Below are positions 17,473 through 27,600 of a stretch of DNA of 64,000 nucleotides, piece by piece (position 1 is the first letter of the stretch; each line of letters opens with the position of its first letter). The notes under the pieces are model-generated. The model searched no databases. It was given only the letters and a program-made list of their open reading frames with translations, and was not told where the DNA came from. Both the position numbers and the translations under genes were made by a program. Source of the DNA: Planctomycetota bacterium (lineage in GTDB: Bacteria > Planctomycetota > MHYJ01 > JACQXL01 > JACRIJ01). The stretch is taken from the NCBI GenBank assembly GCA_016220095.1, contig JACRIJ010000104.1, positions 1,763-65,762 on the forward strand, read 5' to 3'.

Positions 17473-20340
17473 ATGAATAAAAGCATTTTTTTAACAATTT
17501 CGGCAGTAGTTTTATTATTGCCCGGTGCGGCATTTGCCGGGGACTATCACCGTGTGTGGGCGACTTCTACCCTGGTTTGTTCCGATTGCCATACCCTGCA
17601 CGCGGGTTCCGTGCCGTATCCGGTACTGCTCAAATACGCTACGGTAAACGAACTCTGCGCGTCCTGCCATGACGGTACGGATACGAAGGCGCCCGATGTA
17701 ATATCACCGGTGACAATGTACACGGGTGATGAACATTCCGGGGCCGGATTTTTTGCAAATACCGGAGGTTCCGCGAGCGATGTCGCGCACGACCTCGGCG
17801 TGTCGGCCGCAATTCCCATGAGTACCAAGCCGGCGATGACCCTGATATGCACTACATGCCACGATCCTCACGGGAACGGTTATTACAGAAATCTTAAGCC
17901 TGATCCGGACGGAGATACAAGCAATATAACCGTTACCATAGGCACAAATATGTTTCAGCAGAATTCACCTCCGATACCGCCGAATGCGGCAACTGTCGCC
18001 GATGCATATAAGGAGTCAAATATCGGATATAAATCCAACATCTCTGCATGGTGCAGTCAATGCCATGATAAACTTGCCTCTAATCAGGCAGGCACTCTCC
18101 CTTCGCATTTCAAAAGGCATCCCGCAGATGTTCCGCTTAATTCTGCCGGATATCATGCGGATACGGCCAACTGGATTACAAATCCGCTTGGAAATCCGAC
18201 AAGCGGCGGCGGCGTTGCAACGGGCGATGCGGTATACGGAATTCCACGGCTTAGATACCAGGTAAGTACCGCGACGGACTATGCGAGCGCTAAAACAGTT
18301 GCCGTTTCCAATCAGGTATTCTGCGGATCGTGCCATACGGCGCACGGTATGAAATACCAGAAAAACCTCGTTTGGCCGTACAGGAAACAGACAGGAATTG
18401 ACAATACCGATGCCTTTGCCGCATGTCAGCAGTGTCATAACCAGTCATATTGGAGTGGTTCTCCGCACGGAAACACCACAACCGGCGTGGCGCGTACTTC
18501 TTCCAATCCCACAGGGGCATGCAACCAGTGCCATGATATGCACGATGATGTTACATCTTACAATTACGCGCTTTATACGACAAATACAAATTCATTGTGC
18601 TTTACAACAGGTTGTCATGTAAATGCCTCTGCCAGCTACCCCGCGCAGGAGGCGGATCGTAATGCCGTGGGATACTTTACGACAAAACGCTGGCCTGGCC
18701 AGACTTCTTATGAAAACGCCACGTACTCTCAACACTATCTGGACGCGGACTGTATTTATCCCGGCAAAAGCTATTCTGCCGGCGATTGTAAGAATTGCCA
18801 CGACCCTCACGGTTCAGCCAATACCTATGATATGACCCTGAATACATATATAGACGGCGGCGTTTATACGAATTATCAGCTATGTTTTGATTGCCATAAC
18901 GAAACTACCGGGCCTGCGGGCATGAACATTGCCGGGAAATATGTAAAAAACCTGTATAGCATCGCGGATAACCAATCTGGGCATCAGATACGTAATTCCG
19001 CAAAATCAGTTTCAAATTTTGCAGGTTCCAAACTTGCCATTGGCGATAAACTGCCCTGCTACGACTGTCACGGGCCCCACGGTTCAAAAGGCAATAACGG
19101 CACCCAGCCGAACAAGAAAATTCTGAGTGATCAGCGCACAGGATGGTCAAATCTTGATACGGCTGTCGCCGCGAATAACCGTACGTTCTGCCTTGGTTGC
19201 CACGTCGCGTCCAACGGGGTAGCCGGTTCAAATACCGTGGAAGGCATAGCCATGAATACCATACCGGTATTTCCGTCAACCGGATTCCAGCCGCACGCAA
19301 CAACGGGCACAGATTCATGCAGTGACTGCCATGGCGATAATTACACGAACAACACGGCGCGAAATGCCCATCATCCGGATAATTCGGATTGTAAATTCTG
19401 TCATAATGCCGCGCAGGGCTCGCACAGGCAGGTAGTGCAGAACGGCGGTACGGGCGGCGATTTTGACGATACTACGCATCATATCGGGGATGTTGTGGGC
19501 ACGGAAAATGTTACGAATGCCGACTGTGTCATGTGCCATAAGCAAAGCAATCATCCATATACAACGGATGCCACGACAATCTACCTGAGAAACGTTGATA
19601 CCGGTGCGGCAATTACTTACGTAAGGGGAGACACCTCTTCGGCAAACCTGACGAATCTTGACAATTTTTGTCTTGCATGTCATGACGCTGCCGGCGCTAA
19701 TGGCGACACTACACCATTTTCGGATAATGCCGTTGCTCTGGATGTAAATGCTCAATTTAACACGGCAAATCCATCCCATCACGCCGTTAAAGGCGCAAGA
19801 TATACGCCGGCCGGCGCATCCGGTATTCTCGCAGCCGCGTTTGTTAACGGCTGGGCCGACAATAGCACCCTTCACTGCAGTGATTGCCATTGCACGGCAA
19901 CTAATGCGCACGGAGACGGCAAGGCTGTTGCAAGCAGGCCGTCTTTGATTAAAGGGTACACGTCGGGAACGGTCTATCCCGGCGGCACTGCCGGCGTTGA
20001 CGGGTACATCTGTTTTTTATGCCATGGTTACCTTACGTATGATACGCCTAATATAACGACACCGAATAATTCCAGGTTTGACCATAACGCGAATGGCGGA
20101 CATGCTACAAAGGATGTTTACAGGGGAATCTATTGTCTTGTATGCCACGGTGGATATGTTAAGGGTTATATACATGGAGAAAACGATACATCGGATATAA
20201 ATATAATGCAACATTTTCTGTCCGGCGCGGCTTTGCGCAGTTGGCAGAGATCCGGGGCAAATGAAAGCTGTAATACGACAGGCAGTATATCGGCATGTTC
20301 CCAGCATAACGGGGGCAAAACGTACGGTTATAATTACTAA
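17473..20340 (+). CDS. Extracellular multiheme cytochrome c (18 CxxCH + 1 CX4CH) with an N-terminal OmcS-like hexaheme domain
   Basis: Signal peptide; first six motifs colinear with 14472-15443; rich in T/N/G/A. Confidence 0.88.
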   Translation: MNKSIFLTISAVVLLLPGAAFAGDYHRVWATSTLVCSDCHTLHAGSVPYPVLLKYATVNELCASCHDGTDTKAPDVISPVTMYTGDEHSGAGFFANTGGSASDVAHDLGVSAAIPMSTKPAMTLICTTCHDPHGNGYYRNLKPDPDGDTSNITVTIGTNMFQQNSPPIPPNAATVADAYKESNIGYKSNISAWCSQCHDKLASNQAGTLPSHFKRHPADVPLNSAGYHADTANWITNPLGNPTSGGGVATGDAVYGIPRLRYQVSTATDYASAKTVAVSNQVFCGSCHTAHGMKYQKNLVWPYRKQTGIDNTDAFAACQQCHNQSYWSGSPHGNTTTGVARTSSNPTGACNQCHDMHDDVTSYNYALYTTNTNSLCFTTGCHVNASASYPAQEADRNAVGYFTTKRWPGQTSYENATYSQHYLDADCIYPGKSYSAGDCKNCHDPHGSANTYDMTLNTYIDGGVYTNYQLCFDCHNETTGPAGMNIAGKYVKNLYSIADNQSGHQIRNSAKSVSNFAGSKLAIGDKLPCYDCHGPHGSKGNNGTQPNKKILSDQRTGWSNLDTAVAANNRTFCLGCHVASNGVAGSNTVEGIAMNTIPVFPSTGFQPHATTGTDSCSDCHGDNYTNNTARNAHHPDNSDCKFCHNAAQGSHRQVVQNGGTGGDFDDTTHHIGDVVGTENVTNADCVMCHKQSNHPYTTDATTIYLRNVDTGAAITYVRGDTSSANLTNLDNFCLACHDAAGANGDTTPFSDNAVALDVNAQFNTANPSHHAVKGARYTPAGASGILAAAFVNGWADNSTLHCSDCHCTATNAHGDGKAVASRPSLIKGYTSGTVYPGGTAGVDGYICFLCHGYLTYDTPNITTPNNSRFDHNANGGHATKDVYRGIYCLVCHGGYVKGYIHGENDTSDINIMQHFLSGAALRSWQRSGANESCNTTGSISACSQHNGGKTYGYNY

Positions 20341-20343
20341 ATA

Positions 20344-21339
20344 ATGTTTTCGAAAATAATAAATAAACTCGCAATAATAATATTAATTGCCATCGCGGTG
20401 TTTCTGACAGTATTTGTGCTTTCTCCGCAGTGTTCCTTTGCGCCGTATTTTACGGGAGAAAAAATACGCCGGTGGTTTTTCATCGTGCTTGTTGCCGCTC
20501 TTTATATCGTTCTTACATTTTGTACGGTAGACCGTATATGGCGGCAGGTCAGGAGCAAATATAACAGCCCTTCCTGGTGGGGATCCATAATTTTTCATGC
20601 GAGTTTTTATGTAATAGTAACAGGCGCATGCATCAGTATAGGCGGAAGAAAAACAGGCCTGGAACTTTTTACGGAGAGCGAAACCGTAATTTTTTCAGAA
20701 AACAATTATCTTTTGCATGACCGGCCGCCTTTCGCAGTAAAATTGAACAGGTTTTTGCCCGTATTTGAAAACGACATGCCGGTTGATTACGCCTGCGATT
20801 TTTCAGTTTATTACGATACGGCAGAAGGATGGATGCAGGCAAGGAAGTCCGGCTTGAAGGTCAACATGCCCCTTGAAGAACAAGGGGTGTCTTTGGTGTT
20901 TAAGCGCTGGGGCTATTCCCCGAGGATTATAATTCGGGACAATGAATACAACGAAATTATCGGCATGTTTAACCTTAATCTCGGCGAAAAAATTGAGAAC
21001 GGGAATCCGCAAAAATTTTTTACCGATTTCACCAGCGTGCCAAATACCAATTTGAAATTGGAATTAAAATTTTATCCGGAAATGGAGAATGGGAAACATG
21101 TGCCCGCGTATACGGCGAGAAACCCCCGCATATACGCGAAATTGTATTCCGGCAAACGGGTTTATGTTGATGGTTATATTGCAATGAAAGAATCGCTTGT
21201 TTCCGATACGCTGACCCTTACATTTGACGATTTTAATTACTGGGTCGGCGTTGAGGTTGTCAACGACATCGGAGAAAACATTGTCTTTGCCGGTTTTGTA
21301 ATTGCCGTAATAGGATTGGCATTTAGAATGCTTTTTTGA
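20344..21339 (+). CDS. ResB/CcsB-like cytochrome c biogenesis protein
   Basis: TM helices with WGSIIFHASF, LKVNMPL, C-terminal DIGENIVFAGF TM; adjacent to ccsA. Confidence 0.75.
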   Translation: MFSKIINKLAIIILIAIAVFLTVFVLSPQCSFAPYFTGEKIRRWFFIVLVAALYIVLTFCTVDRIWRQVRSKYNSPSWWGSIIFHASFYVIVTGACISIGGRKTGLELFTESETVIFSENNYLLHDRPPFAVKLNRFLPVFENDMPVDYACDFSVYYDTAEGWMQARKSGLKVNMPLEEQGVSLVFKRWGYSPRIIIRDNEYNEIIGMFNLNLGEKIENGNPQKFFTDFTSVPNTNLKLELKFYPEMENGKHVPAYTARNPRIYAKLYSGKRVYVDGYIAMKESLVSDTLTLTFDDFNYWVGVEVVNDIGENIVFAGFVIAVIGLAFRMLF

Positions 21340-21385
21340 ACCAAACATTGAACTTAATTGAACCGGATTGAACAACGTTGAACAA
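21336..21385. repeat. TTGAAC tandem array (5 copies)
   Basis: ttgaaccaaacattgaacttaattgaaccggattgaacaacgttgaac. Confidence 0.65.
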
Positions 21386-21394
21386 TTTTAATAT

Positions 21395-22219
21395 ATGACA
21401 AACTTGGAATTAATATTATTAAAAATTACAATAGGTCTTTACCTGGTAAGTAGCCTGTGGCTGGCTGGCGGTTTTATTTTTAACCGTGAAAAATTAAGAA
21501 AATTTTTTGCATTGCCGGTATTAATCGCCCTTGCGGCGCATACGGCGGTGATTATTGTGCGCTGGAGCGCCACGGGCCACGGCCCGGTGATGAAGGACTA
21601 TGAAAACGCCCTGCTTGGCGCCTGGTTGACGGTGGCTTTATATTTACTGTTGGTATTCAAATGGCGCGAAATGGCCGTTATAGGCATAGTTATAGCCCCG
21701 CTCGCCATGCTCCTGCTCGGGTACGCGTTTATGACGGAACCAGTCCTGGAGCGGCTTTCGCCGGGGTATAAATCCTTTTGGCTTTACGTGCACGTATTTA
21801 CCGCATGGCTTGCGTTCGGCGCTTATGCGATCGCGTCCGGATTTGCAGTTGCGTTTTTTATGCGCGGTCATTATGACAAAAAATCCGTACAAACGAAAAT
21901 TCCAGAGTTGTCTGAACTTGATTTGACCGCGTTTCGCATAGTCCTTTTCGGATTTATACTGCACGCAATAATGATAGCCGCGGGTTCCATTTGGGCGGCA
22001 AAATTGTGGGGGAGCTACTGGTCGTGGGACCCGATAGAAACATGGTCGCTGATATCCTGGCTTTGCTACGGGATAATAATCCATTTGCGATTGGCCTTTG
22101 CCTGGAAAAATCAGAGGTTTGCCGTGATGATAATGCTGGCGCTTGTGACGGTTATAATAGCCTGGTTAGGAATAAACTGGATACCGTCAAGCGACCATGT
22201 ATTCAGCAAGTTGGAATGA
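21395..22219 (+). CDS. ccsA: System II cytochrome c synthase CcsA/ResC
   Basis: WWD motif WAAKLWGSYWSWDPIETWS; WLYVHV; C-terminal SDHVF His. Confidence 0.92.
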   Translation: MTNLELILLKITIGLYLVSSLWLAGGFIFNREKLRKFFALPVLIALAAHTAVIIVRWSATGHGPVMKDYENALLGAWLTVALYLLLVFKWREMAVIGIVIAPLAMLLLGYAFMTEPVLERLSPGYKSFWLYVHVFTAWLAFGAYAIASGFAVAFFMRGHYDKKSVQTKIPELSELDLTAFRIVLFGFILHAIMIAAGSIWAAKLWGSYWSWDPIETWSLISWLCYGIIIHLRLAFAWKNQRFAVMIMLALVTVIIAWLGINWIPSSDHVFSKLE

Positions 22220-22260
22220 TTACGGATTCTAAGATTGAAAGATTTTGAGATTGGAAGATT
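22219..22260. repeat. 8-nt xxxAGATT array
   Basis: gattacggattctaagattgaaagattttgagattggaagatt. Confidence 0.7.
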
Positions 22261-22267
22261 ATTGAGA

Positions 22268-23752
22268 ATGCTTAAAAACAAGAAAATACTGCTTATAACG
22301 CCGCCTTATCATTGCGGCGTTGTGGAATCCGCCGGCAGATGGCCGAATCTCGGCCTGCTTTACATCGCGGGTGAACTTCGTAAAACGGGCTTTGAACCGG
22401 TTTATTACGATGCCATGGCAAAATTCCATACAATGGAAGAGGTCGTGCGCACCATTAAAGATACACAGCCAGGCGCGGTCGTAATTACCGCTATTACCGC
22501 CACCATAAATACTGCACTGGAAGTTCTAAAGCACGTAAAAAAAATCGGTCCGGACATTATTACAGTGCTTGGCGGAATTCATCCTACCTTTTGCAGTGAG
22601 CAAATACTTCAGGAAAATACGGATATAGTTGATTTCTGTTGTATAGGCGAAGGCGAACATACATTACAGGAATTACTTCTTACTGTGGATGCCCTGCGAT
22701 GCGATTACGACAAAAACCTGCTTCAGGCAGTCAGGGGAATAGCTTTTATGTATAACGGTCAAGCCGTCAAAACTGCGTCAAGGCCGTTTATAGAAGACCT
22801 TGACACGCTTTCACCGGCCTGGGATATCGTCAACTGGAAAGACTATCCGCTTTACTTCATAGATAATTCCATAGTGGCAATAGTTTCCTCTTCCAGAGGA
22901 TGCACCAATCACTGCGCATTTTGTTCCCAGCATAAATTCTGGAACAGCACGTACAGAGAACGGGATCCCTGGAAATTTGCGGATGAAATGGAACTGCTCG
23001 CGGCGGAATACGGCATAAATGTTTTTTTCATAGCCGACGAATACCCCACCCGTTCCAGGGAACGCTGGGAGAAAATACTGGATATTCTTATTGAAAAAAA
23101 TCTCGGCGTGCACATATTGCTTGAAACTTGCGTAGCGGACATCATTCGCGATGCGGATATCCTGTGGAAATACCGCAAGGCAGGCATAATGTTCGTTTAT
23201 CTCGGCGTAGAATCCACAAAGGATTCCAGGCTTGAGATGTTCAAAAAAGACATAAAATTTGAACAGAGCCGCGATGCCATAAAATTGCTCAAGACCGCCG
23301 GAATGATAACCGAAAGTTCCCTTATTATCGGAATGCCCGACGAAACGCCGGGCACCATAGCGGAAACGCTTGAACTGGCGTTTCTCTATGGCACGGATTA
23401 TATGCATTTTCTGTTTATTACGCCGTGGCCTTACGCGGATATGTACGAACAGCTGAAGACTTTCATAGAGGAAACGGATTTTTCAAAATACAATCTTGTT
23501 GAACCGATAATACGCTCCAATTACATGACCCGGAAGGAACTTATGCAATCGGTGCTTAACTGCTATAAAGAATATTATTCCCGCAGGATACCGGAATGGC
23601 ATGCGATGCGCGGCGATGAATTCAAAAAACAATGTCTTCTGAAAGGAATGAAGGCTATAATGGAGAATTCATTCCTGAAAAAGCACATGCACGAAGTCAA
23701 GAGTTTTAAGTCCGGCGTTCCGGGGCCTGAGTTGCCGGTCTCGGGCCATTGA
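22268..23752 (+). CDS. Cobalamin-binding (class B) radical SAM enzyme, BchE-like fold
   Basis: N-terminal B12 domain (PNLGLLYIAG, LGGIHPTF, GEGE); SSRGCTNHCAFC CxxxCxxC; LGVES. Confidence 0.88.
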   Translation: MLKNKKILLITPPYHCGVVESAGRWPNLGLLYIAGELRKTGFEPVYYDAMAKFHTMEEVVRTIKDTQPGAVVITAITATINTALEVLKHVKKIGPDIITVLGGIHPTFCSEQILQENTDIVDFCCIGEGEHTLQELLLTVDALRCDYDKNLLQAVRGIAFMYNGQAVKTASRPFIEDLDTLSPAWDIVNWKDYPLYFIDNSIVAIVSSSRGCTNHCAFCSQHKFWNSTYRERDPWKFADEMELLAAEYGINVFFIADEYPTRSRERWEKILDILIEKNLGVHILLETCVADIIRDADILWKYRKAGIMFVYLGVESTKDSRLEMFKKDIKFEQSRDAIKLLKTAGMITESSLIIGMPDETPGTIAETLELAFLYGTDYMHFLFITPWPYADMYEQLKTFIEETDFSKYNLVEPIIRSNYMTRKELMQSVLNCYKEYYSRRIPEWHAMRGDEFKKQCLLKGMKAIMENSFLKKHMHEVKSFKSGVPGPELPVSGH

Positions 23753-26232
23753 TGTTCATGCTTAAAAAACTAATGAAATACGCAGACTATTTTTTGTTGA
23801 CAATATACGCAGTATTATTCATCGCATCTGCGGAAACCGTTTTTGCCGATGGCGATCTTTACGGTTCCATCAGCACGCGTTTTGCGGAAAACAAGGTCGC
23901 TGACGACATTACGTCCAGACTGTTTAATACGCTGAGTTTCGGATACCAGGATTCTGTATTGGACAATATCGCCGTGCAGTTTAACGGAAATATGACTTAC
24001 AGCGACGATGACCAGAAAAAATATGAAGATTTTATCCCGTGGTTCGGGCTTTCCCTGTCCAGAGACAATATCGCGTGTTCGGTAAATTACAGCGATTACG
24101 AAAACAAAAACTATAAGAACGCTTCGGGCATACTGTCAACATCCGTGCTTAGTACCGGCCTGAATTTTTCGCCGCAGGACCTTCCTTCAATCGGACTTAG
24201 TTATTCCGTGCGCCAAAGTGAAGATGACCTTTCGCCCAAGACAGCGGATAATAAAATCGCAACCTATACGATGAATACCAATTACCATTTAGGAATTTTT
24301 TACGCGTTTTACAACCGCAATAATAACAAATATACCAACAAAATCTCCGGATTTTTAACGATAACGCTTTCTTCCGGAATTTCTTATATTGCCACAGACG
24401 TATTGTCCGCGGTTTTTGTATCGGACACGGCTAATAACAGGATAGTTAAATATTCAAATGACGGAACATATATAAGTTCTATAGGCAATGGAGGCACTGC
24501 CTCCGCCGAATTCAATTCGCCAAAGGGCATATGCCTGGATCCGCAGGGAAATCTTTACGTGATAGACTCCCTGAACAGCCGCGTGCAGAAGTTTGATAAC
24601 GAAGGCAATTTTATACTGAAATGGGGCGATGCCGGTACAGGCAATGGCGAATTCAATACGCCATCGGGCATAGCTTCCGATGGCGTCGCTGTGTATGTAA
24701 CGGATGCCGGCAACAATCGTGTGCAGAAATTTGACCTGAACGGGGTTTTTGTAGCCATGTGGGGAAGCACAGGTTCTTCCGCTGGGGAATTCATAGGTCC
24801 GCAGGGTATCGCGGCGTATGGCTCTTCCGTGTATGTCGTTGACACAAATAATCATCGTGTGCAGAAATTCAGCGTTGACGGGAGTTTTCAACTTCAGTGG
24901 GGAAGCTCGGGAAACAATATAGGCGAATTTTTTATGCCGTCAGGAATAGCAGTGGATTCGGCCGGGTTCGCTTATGTTACGGATTCGGCAAACAACAGGG
25001 TGCAGAAATTCACAGGTACAGGTGGATTCGTGTCCCAATGGGGTTCGTATGGCGACCAGGACGGGCAGTTTGCTACGCCGTTTGGCATAGCAGCTGATCA
25101 GGGAAACAATATTTACATTACGGATCAAAATAATACCAGAATTGAAAAATTTTCATCTAACGGTATATTCCTGTATTCATGGGGCAAGGTGTATATTCCC
25201 AACGCGGCGCAAAGGACTGAAAACGTTCAGGATTCTTACGGCGTTGGATTTTCCTACCAGCCGTGGAATTTTATGAATATCAGCGTAAATACGAATTTCA
25301 ATTCGTCAGAATCTTTTAAGAATCAGGAAGTTACGGGAAAAGCTTTTCAGGAATCATATACCGTAATTTTGTCAATCAAGCCGGTTTCACCGGTAAATAT
25401 ATCATATTCATTTACAAGCCAGCGTTTACGCAATGAAAGCCAGTCCGGCCTGGAAACACAGCAGACTGACATAAACAGTACGCTTTCAGCAACGCTTGCT
25501 TTGCACAGGAATTTATCGCTGTCGTCCGGTTACGCGGTACAATCTGTTTTCGGCGACGGGCTTGAGGATGTTGACAGCACAACATGGCGCATAGGCATGC
25601 TTACACAGCCGTTTTCAAAACTTTTGGCAACCGTTAATTATTCTAATATTGTTGCCGAAAACAACGGCGAAAAAGTGTCGGATTCAGACAGCTTAGGGTT
25701 GTCCACGCAATGGAAAATGATGTCCAAGACCAGTTTAAACCTTGATTATTATTACAATTTTAATTATAATATACTTACAAACCAGGCATCGGTATCCAGG
25801 TTGATGAAAGCGGAATGGTTTGCTTCACCGGTGGAGAACTTCGTATGGAATCTCCGGTATGAAAAGAATATGGCCGAAAGCGAAGCAGGCAATGCCGGCG
25901 CCGATGCTTACAACACATATATATATTACATGCTATCGGGTGAAACTTCTGCAGGCGCGAATTTCGGATACAGGACAAATGAAAACCCGGCAGGCGATGC
26001 GGCAAGGTCTTTTTCGCAGACTTATACTTTTGAAAAGCGTATATCGGAAATAACGGATTTTTTTCTGTCATTTATAGCTGAATCAGGGACTTATTCCAGC
26101 CAGGTCATAAGCCCGAGGATAATGTTCAGGATTACCGATACCACGGCGCTTTCGTTGAATTCGCAAAAATTCCTGAAGGGGCCGTCGGAAGGCGATTATA
26201 CGATGTCCATGGAATTATCCATTAGATTTTAA
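23752..26232 (+). CDS. Putative outer-membrane beta-barrel with an inserted NHL beta-propeller
   Basis: Signal peptide; amphipathic aromatic strands flank ~6 NHL repeats (FxxPxGIA..YVTDxxNNRVQKF); C-terminal LSIRF. Confidence 0.72.
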   Translation: MFMLKKLMKYADYFLLTIYAVLFIASAETVFADGDLYGSISTRFAENKVADDITSRLFNTLSFGYQDSVLDNIAVQFNGNMTYSDDDQKKYEDFIPWFGLSLSRDNIACSVNYSDYENKNYKNASGILSTSVLSTGLNFSPQDLPSIGLSYSVRQSEDDLSPKTADNKIATYTMNTNYHLGIFYAFYNRNNNKYTNKISGFLTITLSSGISYIATDVLSAVFVSDTANNRIVKYSNDGTYISSIGNGGTASAEFNSPKGICLDPQGNLYVIDSLNSRVQKFDNEGNFILKWGDAGTGNGEFNTPSGIASDGVAVYVTDAGNNRVQKFDLNGVFVAMWGSTGSSAGEFIGPQGIAAYGSSVYVVDTNNHRVQKFSVDGSFQLQWGSSGNNIGEFFMPSGIAVDSAGFAYVTDSANNRVQKFTGTGGFVSQWGSYGDQDGQFATPFGIAADQGNNIYITDQNNTRIEKFSSNGIFLYSWGKVYIPNAAQRTENVQDSYGVGFSYQPWNFMNISVNTNFNSSESFKNQEVTGKAFQESYTVILSIKPVSPVNISYSFTSQRLRNESQSGLETQQTDINSTLSATLALHRNLSLSSGYAVQSVFGDGLEDVDSTTWRIGMLTQPFSKLLATVNYSNIVAENNGEKVSDSDSLGLSTQWKMMSKTSLNLDYYYNFNYNILTNQASVSRLMKAEWFASPVENFVWNLRYEKNMAESEAGNAGADAYNTYIYYMLSGETSAGANFGYRTNENPAGDAARSFSQTYTFEKRISEITDFFLSFIAESGTYSSQVISPRIMFRITDTTALSLNSQKFLKGPSEGDYTMSMELSIRF

Positions 26233-26237
26233 GGAGT

Positions 26238-26822
26238 ATGCTGATGATAAGAAATTATTTGCAAGGCGCTATAAAACAGGCAATGATTATACCGTTCCTG
26301 GTCATATTGATTGGTTGCAGCAGTGTTTCAAATTCAGCCTATCTTCATCCTGAATTTGATATGGCCGCAGTACGCAAGGTTGCCGTTGTTACATTTGCAA
26401 ATTATTCCAAAGAACCCATGGCCGGCGAAAAAGTGACCAATATGTTTTTTACCCAGCTTCTCAGCACAGGGCTTTTTGACGTGTCGGAACCGGCAAGGAC
26501 CGAGGAGATCATTAAGAAACACAAAAACGGCTCTGGTATTGATTTGCTTGTCATGCAGAAAATGAAGGAATCATTGAATATCCAGGCAGTTTTTATGGGA
26601 TCTGTGGATGAATATTCTTTTGCCTCCTTCGGCAGTAAAACCTATCCGCTTGTCACAATTTCCGCCCGGCTCGTGGATTGCGAAACAGGCACGATACTTT
26701 GGACGTCTACAATTACAGGTGACGGATCATCGTCCGTTCCGGTGCTGAATATTGGCGCGATAAAAACACTGCCGGAACTTGCACAGGCACTGTGTGTCAG
26801 GATTGTGAGCACTATAAAATAA
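26238..26822 (+). CDS. PelC/CsgG/DUF799-like lipoprotein
   Basis: Lipobox LIGC; VAVVTFANYS, GSVDEY, ISARLVDCETGTILW. Confidence 0.75.
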   Translation: MLMIRNYLQGAIKQAMIIPFLVILIGCSSVSNSAYLHPEFDMAAVRKVAVVTFANYSKEPMAGEKVTNMFFTQLLSTGLFDVSEPARTEEIIKKHKNGSGIDLLVMQKMKESLNIQAVFMGSVDEYSFASFGSKTYPLVTISARLVDCETGTILWTSTITGDGSSSVPVLNIGAIKTLPELAQALCVRIVSTIK

Positions 26823-26832
26823 GGGATAAAAC

Positions 26833-27591
26833 ATGAAAAAAAAATATCTGTTATTTTTGCTTTTTAATGCCGTTCTGTTTGCGCCGGGCGGATGTAGAAC
26901 ATCCAATGTAGTTTCTTCCGCTTCACAGCCTGCGGAAATAGACGCTTTTTACGTCAGAAGGATTGCCGTTGTGCCGTTTGACAACCTTACCGGTCTTCCG
27001 AACGATGCAGGCAGAAAAATTACAAATACACTCGTGGCGGATGTTTATTCCCGGAATGCGTTTGAACTTCTTAACAGCGGTGAATTGGAAGGCTTTCTTA
27101 CGGATGAAAGGATACGCTATTCTTCCGATTTTACCATGCAGAAAACACAGAAACTCCTTTCCAAATACAATGTGCATGCCGTGCTTCTCGGCAGTATCAA
27201 TGAATATTCCTACGCAAGCGCGGGTACGGAACAGCTTCCGGTAATAAGCATTTCCGCAAGGATGCTTGATACGCGTACGGCAAAAATAATATGGGCGTAC
27301 AATGTAACTGCCGAAGCGCGCGAAACGGCATTCGGATTGGGTTCTATAAGAAGCCTCGCTAATTTGACAGAACTTGCGATTAATGATATAGTTGACAGTT
27401 TAATTGCGGCAAAATCCGAAACCGCCTTATCCGGCAGTCAGGGTGCGGATGCCGTGCAAACGGATAGGAGTACGCCTGAAAATCCAAATGTGCAATCGTC
27501 CATAATAATTATAGATGAAAGTGAAAAAAATTATACCAGGGAAAAATCCAAAGAATATTGGTATAAAATAGTCAAAGACTACAAAAAATAG
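26833..27591 (+). CDS. PelC/CsgG/DUF799-like lipoprotein (paralogue)
   Basis: PGGC; IAVVPFDNLT, GSINEY, ISARMLDTRTAKIIW. Confidence 0.75.
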   Translation: MKKKYLLFLLFNAVLFAPGGCRTSNVVSSASQPAEIDAFYVRRIAVVPFDNLTGLPNDAGRKITNTLVADVYSRNAFELLNSGELEGFLTDERIRYSSDFTMQKTQKLLSKYNVHAVLLGSINEYSYASAGTEQLPVISISARMLDTRTAKIIWAYNVTAEARETAFGLGSIRSLANLTELAINDIVDSLIAAKSETALSGSQGADAVQTDRSTPENPNVQSSIIIIDESEKNYTREKSKEYWYKIVKDYKK

Positions 27592-27600
27592 CATTATAGA

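Noticed and set aside
22268-23752. bchE / photosynthesis assignment
   Set aside because: Only fold-level similarity, and no bch/puf genes in context
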